DNA of 64,000 nt from Eledone cirrhosa (lineage: Eukaryota), in contig OZ024745.1 in the NCBI GenBank assembly GCA_964016885.1, forward strand, positions 95,728,001 to 95,792,000, read 5' to 3'. Positions 35,751 to 46,986 of this stretch are shown here, piece after piece; the first letter of the stretch is position 1; the number at the start of each line of letters is the position of its first letter. Under the pieces are notes generated by a model that had not been told where the DNA came from, made no database searches, and saw only the letters and a list, made by a program, of their open reading frames with translations. Position numbers and translations under genes: made by a program.

Positions 35751-36150
35751 ATAATGTAATTAACAAATCAATATATTTTAAAATTAGTAGCACCAGTAAC
35801 AATAGTCTGACTAAATGAGTCTATCTTCACATGACATTAGGCACTATGAAACATGGTGGCATTTGATATACTGATCCACTCTACCTACTTCCCTGTACAC
35901 TTGCCAAATTCAATATTGAATTGATATGTTAAACTTGTATGAGCAAAACTAATACTCCATGAGGAATTTCAAAACAACAGTAGTAACATTTGCAATAGAA
36001 ACATACTGCCTTCTTGTTATATCAAAATAGTTTGAAGAGAGCCAACATTTTATCAACACCAATCCTTCCCTTTAACTGAAATGCATATTTTGGTGAGAGC
36101 TATAGTTAAATCCTGTTAGTATTACATCTATAATTAACTAATATTTAAGC

Positions 36151-36595
36151 TAGGTAGTAACATGTGCTTACAGTGTATTTGACTAAATAGAATTAGTCTG
36201 TTAGTTGGGATTTTACAAAAATCCCTCTGAATGGAAAAAAGGATGAGTATTGATGGGACAAGGAACCACATCTTTGGTTTGCTGGACCAATGTGTTACCA
36301 TTACACTAACACACCACCCATGCTTCCTTCCATTTAATTAGAAGCTTTTGTGTCTCCCTATTTATATACATATATATACTTTCTAAGGTTATATAGCTTC
36401 TAATTGAATGGAAGAAAGCATGAGTGGTGTGTTAGTGTAATGGTAACACATTGGTATGACAAACCAAAAATGTGGGTTTGTGTCCCTTGTACGTCAATAC
36501 TCATCCTCTTTTTCCATTCAGAGGATTTTTTAAAATGCCAACTAACAGATTAATTCTATTTAGTCAAATACAGCGTAAGCACATGTTACTACCTA
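36151..36595. repeat. ~197-bp head-to-head inverted repeat containing a tRNA-like head
   Basis: Arms 36151-36346 and 36395-36595; TAGTGTAATGG A-box, TTGGT/ACCAA anticodon-like stem, GGTTTGTGTCCC B-box-like. Confidence 0.85.
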
Positions 36596-36699
36596 ATTTT
36601 CAAATTCGCTAGCCGTTTCTAAACAAAGCCTGCTTTGTGTTTCTGTGTCTCCCTATTTATATAAATATTTAGGCATTTTGTTATGTCCCTTAATCTCAC

Positions 36700-36870
36700 C
36701 ATACTCAACTCTGCTTTCATCTTTTTGGCATTAATAAAATAAAGAAATCAGTGAAATATAGGAGCCAGTTACTATAATATATCTTAGATATGAATGAAAT
36801 TATATAAGAAGGCAATAAGTTTTCATTGGTTTGAAATGCAAAATTTGAAAACCTCCAGTTAACAAATCAC
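36700..36870 (-). pseudogene. Candidate SLC9C-like exon (TM11-12), stops
   Basis: G|GTGAGA donor, ttttcttttttctgaAG acceptor; KTYCLLI*FHSYLRYIIVTGSYISLISLF. Confidence 0.4.
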
Positions 36871-37181
36871 TCTTCAGAAAAAAGAAAATGTTACAACAGC
36901 AAGAATGTAATAGAAATATATGAAACATATGTAATAGAAGTATTAGTCTGTAATTTTCTAGAGATGTGCACTACAACATCAATAATGAGTAGCAAATTTC
37001 CTTTAATAAAACTCATAAATGAATCTATTTCAAATAACAACACTACAGATATTTAAAAACAGAAAATGAAGTGAAGCTGAACCCAAACATATAATAATAC
37101 ATACAGGAATCACAAACACAAGGTTCTAAAAACCTTCGCTAAGTACAAACCACTACCTCTCTACGGACCTCTGACACTACA

Positions 37182-37485
37182 CACCAGGTCCGAACACAGA
37201 AGAGCCAAAATCCCACTGTCATTGCCTCCATCTCTCTCGCTCTTCCCATCCCTCTGTATTATAAGTAAATGGGGTCCAACATGCTGGCTGCCCCATGGCT
37301 CCGGCAGACAGAATGGAGAAGGTGCTTCTCAGGAGGATGGTAAGGGAGAGTCATTCCATCACGCGAGGCTCACACCTGCGGCTGGTCAGCTCAGCGCCTA
37401 TGGTGGTAAGTAATGGGAGGGGAGAGGGGGGGGTTTCTAGGCCTAGGGTGCAGCGGTGTTGGGGTTGTACCCTGCAAACATGACT
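37182..37485 (+). repeat. GC-richer dispersed repeat; partial inverted copy at 58423-58536
   Basis: ACACCAGGTCCGAACACA..AAATGGGGTCCA..CTGCCC shared. Confidence 0.65.
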
Positions 37486-37725
37486 GCAATAGCGTTTCAT
37501 TTTCCAAAAGTACACAATTAAAAGAAATTTCATTACTAGACAAAGTAAAGGTGGAAGGAAATGAGATGATGTGGAATTCATGATTTAAAAAAAAAAATCA
37601 ATAAGAATTAAAAGTGAAGTGAAATAGTTTTAATCATGAACTGAAATTGTGTCACCAACTAGGTCTACACTCCTTAATCTACAATGTTTGCCCAAGTAAA
37701 AGAGAGTAAATATTGCTTTCTTACA

Positions 37726-37937
37726 TTAACCCTTTAGCATTTAAACCGGCCATATCCGACCAGAATTCTCTCACCTCTTCTGTTCAAACCAGCCATAACC
37801 GGCCACTCATACCAACAATAGGGTATTGTTCTCAAAATAAATAATATCAATATTATGTGAGATGACGATGTGAGGTAAAGCCTTTACTGTTAAAATACAA
37901 TAGTATATATAGAGTAATGTAAATACTAAAGGGTTAA
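37726..37937 (+). mobile_element. piggyBac-type MITE inserted in one unit of a ~90-bp duplication
   Basis: TTAA TSD; the sister unit 37949-38033 shows the empty TTAA. Confidence 0.92.
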
Positions 37938-38380
37938 GCAAGAATTGGAATTGTGTCATGAACTAGGTCTATGTTCTTTAGTCTACAATGGTTCCCCAAG
38001 AAATGGAGAGTAAACATTGCTTTCTTACATTAACATGATGCCATACAGTTTGTGAAACAAAACCAATACATATCATGCCTATATATATACATATAAAAAT
38101 ATATTTTTATTATTTGGAGTACTAATGTGTTGCTTAAAGTCCTCTATAGTTTTGCATATTAACAAAGATAAAACAGAATTTTGCCTTTAACTGGCAAGTA
38201 ACCCTTGTCTAACAGCAAATTATAGACAGATTATTCTAAGTTCTAATGAGAGGCAGGAAGCTACAGGTGTTCAATGTTTCATATTTTGACTTTAACCCTT
38301 TAGCATTTATATTATTCTATATTTACTATTATATTTTCATGGTAAAGGCTTTACCTGGTATATATTATATTAATTCCAGA

Positions 38381-38556
38381 GTGGTGGATGGGCAGTATCG
38401 GAAGAGCGTCAGACACCATGCTTTGCAATATAGAGCTATGGCCTTTTATGTTCTGAGTTCAAATCTTGCTAAAGTTAACTTTGCCTTTCATCCTTACGGG
38501 GGTCGATAAAATAAAGTACCAGTAATGCACTGGGGTAATTGTTGGTCTTCTGCCAA
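38381..38556 (+). mobile_element. SINE family M
   Basis: Family consensus. Confidence 0.85.
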
Positions 38557-39140
38557 TTCCAGAGACTTAAAAGATGAAATAAACCTAAGTGGGATTTGAA
38601 ATCTAAATATACATAGACAAAGTTCTACTACTTACAATTGACTGCAGATAATTAAAATGCCAAGATTCAAGTTAAATGGACACCACTATCATGGAGGACA
38701 ATGGCAGCAATGAAGACAACAAAAACAGTCAGAATGACACTAATGATGGTCTTCACTTGACTTCCTGTCATTCGCAAATGATACCAACTTTTCTGAATTG
38801 ACAAATAGCTCAAAAAGTTGAGTGGAAAACTTTGAAGCTTTACTTTACTGTATCATCAATGAGCTCTTTGGTAATAGACTAAGATTAATATTCCAAAATT
38901 GTTTTCCTCAAAAATTATGTGAAGTGTATTTTTTCTTAATATTTATTTTTTATGAATTTCTAACAATCAAAGGAAAAGTATGTTCACAAAAAAATATGTT
39001 TAGTATTTTATATCTGACTGCATTAATATTTATTAAATACAGAAAATCTACATTTATAGATCAGTTTTCTTTGAAATATATGCATACATATCTATGTGTG
39101 TATGTAAACATCATATATATATATATGTGTGTGTATATAT

Positions 39141-39262
39141 ATCATCATCATCATCAACGTTTAACGTCTATCTTCCACACTAGCATGGGTTTAGACGGGA
39201 ATTGTCCTACTTGAGGCAAGATTGGTCGGGTGACCATGTCTTGCTCGTATAGGGCTGTCTAG
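39141..39262 (-). mobile_element. Bipartite RTE-type SINE/LINE 3' fragment
   Basis: (CAT)n-CGTTTAACGTCTATCTTCCACACTAGCATGGG. Confidence 0.8.
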
Positions 39263-39341
39263 CTAAATGTTCGGCCGCCCTCATGTCTCTGCTTTTCAGC
39301 CCCATGGATTTTGTCTATTATATTCCTTTGTTATATTTCGA

Positions 39342-39399
39342 ATACCTGATGATGTCACCGGATTCATACTGAACCCGGTCACTGAAATGATCATAGTAT
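39342..39399 (+). ncRNA. Minimal type I hammerhead ribozyme (Penelope-like) followed by AATAAA
   Basis: ATAC-CTGATGA-[GT.ACCGG.TTCA(tac)TGAA.CCGGT.AC]-GAAA-TGATCA-TA-GTAT; palindromic loop III; AUA site. Confidence 0.8.
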
Positions 39400-40105
39400 A
39401 ATAAACCTTTTAAGGAATTACACCAGTCCAGCCTCCTGTTATTTTATAATATATATATATAACAGTGATAATGATGATGATATATATATATCACTGTCAT
39501 CATCATCATTTAACAGAACAGCTGCCTACCCTGCTAGCAATCATCACCATTTTTACATCTATTTTCCATACTTGCATGAGTTAGACAGGTCATCTTGTTC
39601 TGAGGCTAGACTGGTCAAATGACTGCATCTTCTCATATGTTCCAGTTTTGGCTTGGTTTATATGGCTAGATACCCTACCAATTTAATGTCTGCTTTTCCA
39701 CATTGATATAAATTGAATGGGAATTTTTTGAAACAGTGTATTATAGCGGGATGTTCTTCCTAATACCAACCTTTTTGGTTGTTTCTTTCAGCATGCAGAA
39801 ATAAGAGTATACATATTCTGAAATCTGAGATACACATGGTATTATGTATATATGAATACATATATAGATTCCCATTAAATATTCTCAGGCTTCATGCCTA
39901 TATACATAAAAAAATATATTTTTATTATTTGGAGTACTAATGTGTTGCTTAAAGTCCTCTATAGTTTTGCATATTAACAAAGATAAAGCAGAATTTTGCC
40001 TTTAACTGGCAGGTAACCCTTGTCTAACAGCAAATTATAGACAGATTATTCTAAGTTCTAATGAGAGGCAGGAAGCTACAGGTTTCAATGTTTTATATTT
40101 TGAGT

Positions 40106-40322
40106 TTAACCCTTTAGCATTTACATTACTCTATATATACTATTATATTTTCATGGTAAAGGCTTTACCTCACATAATTATTTCACATAATATCAAATCT
40201 ATGAGATTTTGATATTATTTTGATAACAATGCATCGGTATATGTGGCCAGTTACGACCGGTTTGAACAGAAAGAGGTGAGAGAATTCTGACCAGATATGG
40301 CCGGTTTAAATACTATGGTCAA
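40106..40322 (-). mobile_element. piggyBac-type MITE
   Basis: Family consensus. Confidence 0.88.
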
Positions 40323-40404
40323 CATTATGAAAGACATTTAACTTCATCAACAATGTGAAATCTAAGTGAAATGCGACCCCCATCTAGAAAGACACAAACT
40401 TTGA

Positions 40405-40617
40405 TTAACTCTTTAGAATTTAAACTGGTCATAACTGGCCAGAATTCTATCACCTCTTTCTTTTCAAATTGGCCATAACCGGCCTCTCATAAGAATGATA
40501 AGGTATTGTTCTCAAAATAAATATCAAAATCTCAGAGATTCGATATTATGTGAGATAAAACCTTTACAACAGAAATACAATAGTAAATATAGAGTAATGT
40601 ATATGTTTAAGGGTTAA
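40405..40617 (+). mobile_element. piggyBac-type MITE, inverted relative to 40106-40322
   Basis: TTAA TSD, TIRs. Confidence 0.88.
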
Positions 40618-40919
40618 CTACTGACTTGCTCTGTCTAAACCGTACTAGCATGAAAGATGGCCATAAAATAAAGATAGTAATGATGATATAATACTATATT
40701 ATACAATGTGATATTCCCTATTTTACAATGTCCTGGGTATGAAATAATGGAAACTTGACTGCTATTTCTAGCAGGTTGAATGATCACATATAGGGAGGTT
40801 CGTTATGCTTTGTTTTGTTTAATAGTGAGAGATGTCAATCATTTCTCTAAGAATCAAAAATAAAAGATGAAAATGAAATAAATGAATAAACTCAATATAA
40901 ATACAAGTTAAGCAGTAAC

Positions 40920-41026
40920 CAGAAAGATGAACAATTTATACAGGAATCCAGGAATACATCACACAAAATGCTAGGCAGCAGAAAAATTTAGGACATATCA
41001 ATAGCATATGGATGAAGAAAAAGTTA
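40920..41026 (-). pseudogene. Candidate SLC9C-like exon, three stops
   Basis: Phase-1 start matches 41255-41432; TFSSSICY*YVLNF..IPGFLYKLFIFL. Confidence 0.35.
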
Positions 41027-41254
41027 CTAAATTGATAGCAAGAATGTGTACATAAATTGTCACTATGATCAAATTTACATTGATTTATAGAGAAACTTAG
41101 TAATGGATGTTTATCTACTTACAATGGACATTTTAAAAGCAATAAAGTGATAGAGGTCTCTCTTACAATGCTCCTGAATTGATCATTTACACAATAATGG
41201 TTGCCAAGCAGGCTAGTTTTCTTTCTCATTTGATTGTTGTGAAAAACAATTTAC

Positions 41255-41432
41255 CTATTATTTATATGCAAGAATATAAGAGCTTGCTAGTCAATTTTAA
41301 TACTCTTTGCTCTTCTAAAAAAATATATGAATTTTCATAAACTGGAATATGAGAAATAATCCCTATGACATAAATAGACAGCAAAGTGAAAAAAAAAAGA
41401 ACAAAAGAAAGATAAATATAATTCAGTGTAAC
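41255..41432 (-). pseudogene. Candidate SLC9C-like exon (TM), one TAA
   Basis: ttttctattCAG acceptor, AG|GTAAAT donor; VTLNYIYLSFVLFFFTLLSIYVIGII..KLLYSCI*II. Confidence 0.55.
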
Positions 41433-41821
41433 CTGAATAGAAAACATATTCAAACATATTTTCAAATGAAATATTGATTTCTTTTGAGAAGATACAGGCA
41501 AATATTTTGGCAAGAGAAAAAGACACAACTGACTGAATCAAACATAGGTTATACATTAGTACTTATTTTTTCAATCTCAGAGAAGTTGAATTATAGTGAA
41601 GTTAAATTCTAAGACTAAACTCAATACTTTTGTATATTTTCTAAACAATTCCAATGCTAACATATGTATACTCATCGTTACTTTCATAAATATGGTGAAA
41701 GTTATGCTTCAATGATCAGACAAAACCATGTCCAAAGTTATCTGCCAGACTTGCAGAAAAATTATAAGAATATTAGTCAGTGATGAATATCATTTTTCCT
41801 CATCATATATTTATTTCTGTA

Positions 41822-41975
41822 GACGGTGAATTTGCAGAGTCGTTAGAACGTTGGATAGAATGCTTTATGGTATTCATTTCGGCTCTCTGAGTTCAAATCC
41901 CGCCAAGGTCAACTTTGCATTTCATCCTTTCGAGGTCGATAAAAAAAAGTACCTGTCTAGTACTGGGGTCGATTC
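41822..41975 (+). mobile_element. SINE family M variant
   Basis: GAGTTCAAATCC..AACTTTGCATTTCATCCTTTCGAGGTCGATAAA. Confidence 0.75.
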
Positions 41976-42169
41976 TTCCTCCATATCTCTTTCTCATTTC
42001 CTCTCTCTCAGTTTCTATCATTTTCTGGAAGAAATCTGCTATACTCAGTCTTGGAGAGGGATGGGCTCCACCAAGCTTAAAATGCCTAAGAAACAGCATG
42101 TGTCAATACGGCGCCCCTACAACTATCAGATGTTATGGGACCATACATATATACATATTTATTTCTAGT

Positions 42170-42500
42170 CTGTAAGCCTACCAGGCATATGTGCTAAGTA
42201 CACTCCTCTACAGCAGCAAGGCATGCACAACATATGCAAATCATGAGAAGAAACTTTGAGGTGCTTCAGATGCATTCTCTACATTCGATGATGGAAAAGG
42301 TGCCAAACACAGAGGTCTTGGAAAGCACAAAGATGGGCAGCATCTTCATTATTCTCAATGAGAGGCATCATTGGCTCAGCCATGTCAGGAGAATGGCCTT
42401 GGGTCACATTCCCCAAAAACTTACTGCAGTGAGCTGACTGGGAGCTCATGGCTTACGAGACGGCCACACCTGCCTTTTCTCAAAGAAGGATCACTGTCTG
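42170..42500 (+). mobile_element. Degenerate RTE C-terminal fragment
   Basis: KVPNTEVLE..WLSHVRRM..IP remnants. Confidence 0.55.
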
Positions 42501-43040
42501 ATATGTGGAACAGTTCTTACAGTGAACAATAACTATAAACAGTGTGTACTCCAGTTTTTGTTTTGTTTCTTTTTCCAGTGTTTCCCTTTGTTTTGGTTTG
42601 ATACCTTTGCTCTGGATTTTTTCATCACACTGATGCAGACATCCAGATTCTCTAGATTCATGGATAACACTTAATTTGGGTGACATTGGATCTATGATTC
42701 ATCATCATCATGTTCCTCATTGTTTAACATCTATTTTTCACACATGCATGGTTAAACATGTTCTCACATTATGAGACAGTTCAGGTTGGGTGACCATATT
42801 TTGCTCATACAGATCTGTGTTTTAGCTGAGTTTCTACATAACACCAACCACATTACAGTGTGGACTGTGCGCTTTTTATATTGGCCTCCAAACCACCAAC
42901 TAATAGGTTGGACTGGGTGCTTTTTCGTCATATCACCAACACAACCACTTTACAGGGTGGACTAGGAATATAATGTCCCTGGCATTTCTGATGAATTAAT
43001 ATAACTATATAATACTAAAAATTAAAAAAAGTAAAAATAC

Positions 43041-43258
43041 TGGTTCCCAGTCATTTCTCCATGTTTTTATAACAGTAATACACTGGGGAGCATATATTAA
43101 ACATAAACAATACGAAGCAAAAGAAGATTTAAGAAAAATTAAATAATTATAATTATAATTAACAAAATTCTCAAAAGAATCTGAAAGTGAAAGCAAATCT
43201 AATAATGAAGAACTGAGAGAGCCATTTATGTTTGGGTTGTTAGCTTCTCTAATATAGT
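43041..43258 (-). pseudogene. Candidate SLC9C-like exon (NHE TM4-5), open
   Basis: GSLSSSLL..ENFVNYNYNYLIFLKSSFASYCLCLIYAPQCITVIKTW. Confidence 0.55.
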
Positions 43259-43817
43259 CTACATGAGTTATTGAATAAAATACACAGAATAAGCCTTCCT
43301 TTATTTGTAAAGACTAATTGTGATATAATCATAGTCTTGTTAGCTATTCTTCTTTATCTTCTATTATCAGAAGGCGTTGCAGTAAGCTGGAGCTTATCTC
43401 AACTTCCATGGCGTTAAGCAGCTGAGATTCAACTTCTATGGATAGAAGTATCAGTCTATGACAGCTTTTGTTCATAGGATAGGTTTGAATTCAACACTGC
43501 TAGCTACCAGAAAGATTTGATCATTATACATGATTTTCCACTACCATTGAATACATGAGTACTGCCTCATGATGGCTATTTTCAGCTAGATGGGCTGGGA
43601 ACATTATGATTTATATGTCTTTCTCAAGAACACAATATAAACCAAAATAGTTTTACCCAGAAATGATTATGCACATATATATAACATCTTTCAACATTAC
43701 AAGGAGTTTTAACCTTTTCAATTTCTCTCAGTAGGAGATTTCGCTTAAATTTCTTGTTCTTGATGAGATGTAGTCACGAAGTAAAAATATGTAGGACAGA
43801 TATAATTCAATTTAAAC

Positions 43818-44272
43818 ATATTTTATGCAATGTTTAACCCTTTAGCATTTAAACTGGCTGTATCCAGCCAAAATTCTCTCACCTCTTTCTATTCAAACCG
43901 GCCATAACTAGCCAATCATACTGATGTTATAGTATTATTCTCAAAATAAATAATATCAAAATCTCATAGATTTGATATTATGTGAGATAAAGACTTTGCT
44001 ATGAAAATACGATAGTATATATATAGAGAGAATAATGCAAATGCTAAAGGCTTAAAGTAACTATAGCATGTTATAATAACTACATAATGACAAGCAGCAT
44101 ACAGCAAGACATACACTCCCAGTAAAGCAGTTTTGATTCTCAACTGAAAGTATTTCACTTCATTTATTCTATGAATGCTCATTGGAAAGACTTGGAAACC
44201 ACTATATTCTATTTTCCTCTCCCATAAAATGAAGAAACACAGTAAAAACAACTATACTGTTGATTATAGTGC
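43818..44272 (-). pseudogene. Candidate SLC9C-like exon (TM2-3) interrupted by a MITE
   Basis: ttctttttAG acceptor; TIINSIVVFTVFLHFMG / frameshift / ALLGVYVLLYAA..YSYF[MITE]KHCIKY|GT. Confidence 0.5.
43834..44055 (+). mobile_element. piggyBac-type MITE
   Basis: TTAA TSD both ends. Confidence 0.9.
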
Positions 44273-45494
44273 CTAAAAAGAAGCTTTGAAACACCAACAG
44301 AAATATAGATTTGCATAGATTCTAGAAAGAAAGAAAGAAGTTTTTTCGTTTTTTTTCAATATTAAAACAAATAATATTCAGCACTTTCTAACGATATATT
44401 CATTAAGTAGTTTCATTGATATTTTCAAAAGAGGTTTGAGTGATTTTATTTCTATTTTTTAGTTAATCTGAAGAGATACTCCATGCAAAAAAAAAATCTG
44501 TTTATTATACACTGCTTATTATTAAAATAATATTGAATGGTTCTTAATTTTTTAGAAATTGTTGAAGCATGAATTCAGTACACACACATTCATCATCATC
44601 ATTTAATGTCCATTTTCCAGGCTAGCGTGGGTAGGACTGGCAGTCCCTTAGTAAGAGATCAGGTCAGAGGATCATGATTCACATACACAGAACTGATTTT
44701 GGCCTGTTTTCTACAGCTGGATACCCTTCCTAATGCCAACCACATTTACAGTATATATAAAATCATGACTGTGTATACAATAAAAAACTCGAACATTTTT
44801 GAATATTTCATGGGAATACAGATTTGTATATACTTTATTGCTTTAGTCAAGGAGAGAAAGGGAGAGCCCATGAGTCTTTTCAGGGCTTCTGAGACTTGTG
44901 GGAGAGCAGCACATATCCTTAAACCAGAAAACTAACTTCAATGTTGACAACAGAGTGATCTCCACTGAGGAAAGCCAAGTTAGTGATGTCAAACCAGGCA
45001 GAAGTTTGAGTCCACCATGCAAGTTGATCCCAGTAACATTTGAACTCAGAATGCAAAGGTACCTTATTTAATTCTCTAACAATTCCACAAATTCACTACC
45101 CTGAACTAGGTCTTTTTTATATCAACCACAAAAGGAGGAAAAAGGAAGTTGATCTCAACTGGATTTGAGAGATAATCAGTTTTCCTATCAATTTTCGGGC
45201 TGCAATCATACTGAGAGACTACCACTAATTATGTTGATAATAGTAATTTGTCTGGTTTCTATTTATCAACCTCTGAAAGATAAAAGGTCAAGTTGACCTC
45301 GGGTATGATTTGAACATAAAAATACCACAGCATATTTATTCCAATGATCTACAAATTATGTTAATCCATTACCATATATCTTTCTGAAAATGGGTGTAAT
45401 TAAGAAATTACAAGCATACTCTCAGAAAATGAACAAGAATATGTGTGTGTGTATGTGTGCATGTGTGTGTGTGCGTATGCATGTGAGTGGGTAT

Positions 45495-45575
45495 GAGCAT
45501 CTATCATCTCCTCTGTGAAGTTCATTCTACAGCTTCCTTCCACTGGGATCTTCTGCCAATACCTCACCCAATGGT

Positions 45576-45611
<36 letters not shown>

Positions 45612-46140
45612 CACATGTCTGTACCAGAGCAATATTTTCTCTTACTCACTGAATCTGATTCCTATTATAAACAGCTTTCTCTTCAGCTCATCCATGCTAC
45701 ATGGTTCATGTACACTAAGCTTACACATGATCTGCCGGCAGATCATGCTCATTTCATTTTCCCTCCAGCCTTTGCATATCCTCCACAATCAATGCTTACA
45801 TCTCATTACCTTCAACATCACATTTTACATACATGCAACATACAATCTACCTTTCACTCAGAGAGAAATCCATTTATTGTCAACAAGGATAGTATCTCAT
45901 TAAACTTTATCTATCCTGTTCTTATTCTGGTTACTATATTTTCAGAGCAACTTCCTCTGCTGCTAATTATGACATCTAATTAACAGGAACACTCAGTCAC
46001 CTTATGGAACCTTACTGAGATTGAACAAATATATTACTGGTATTTTTTCTACAAACCATCCATATGCATCTGCTACAAATGTAGTTAACCTTTTCTATTA
46101 GTGTGGCTCTGATCCATGCACCTGCTGTGCATTGATATTT
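45495..46140 (-). mobile_element. Highly decayed RTE fragment interrupted by (TA)n
   Basis: DDHWVRYWQKIPVEG; nucleotide similarity to RTE C-terminal region. Confidence 0.7.
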
Positions 46141-46937
46141 TATATTGAGTATACTATATAGATTTCCTACCTAGTTTCATAATAAGGAAATACAAAAAAA
46201 AATCCTTAATAAAAATCATCAATCTAGAGTACTTTGGTTGGCTTTGTGGCTTGTAGCTTTCAGCGTCGCTTTTGGCTGATCTGTTGTTGGATGTGCAAAA
46301 GTCACTCTTGCAAAATAGGGATATTTAAAGAATGGCGATGTCGTGTGTGACTGCGGCATCGAACCATAAACTACGCATCACCTCCTGATATCCCCCCCCC
46401 CCCCCCCCCCACAGCATTGGACTTGGCAGAGTTTAATGAGAAAGGACAGCAATTTGTTCAGCTGTGGCGAAACTACACATAGCCAAGCTTTGTAACAGAC
46501 ACTCTTGTGGACACGCCAAGAAGAAGAACTTTGGTTAGCTCATGTCTATAGTAGAAGACACTTTCCCAAGGTGCCATGCAATGGATTTGAACAGAAATCA
46601 CATGAGGAAGGTGGGGGCTGAGGACTGAGCCATGATGAACACCCCTTCTATTACATAGAAACAGGCAAGTAGGCCCCTGAAAACCTCCAGAGTCATGGTT
46701 ATTAATAAATTCATGATAAACAAAAGCAAAATTGATAGTACTGAAATAAAAATTATGCTAAAGCAGGAGAAGAATAAAGCTTAGCTGGGCCTTAATGTCA
46801 AAACTGAGCAAATGAAGAGAATACAAAAGGCCTAAAGTTTCATGTGTGCAACACCAATAGAGAGATGGTTTGGGGGAAGTGATTGAAAGAATGATGATTA
46901 GGAAGGTTTATAGAAAGATAGAAAGAAGGGGAGTAGC

Positions 46938-46972
<35 letters not shown>

Positions 46973-46986
46973 TAGATAGATAGATA
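46938..46986. repeat. (GACA)n(GATA)n microsatellite at LINE 3' end
   Basis: Directly visible. Confidence 0.95.

Larger units (their letters stand above)
38072..40169. repeat. ~280-bp direct duplication (38072-38356 / 39892-40169) including a MITE end
   Basis: Near-identical sequence. Confidence 0.9.
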
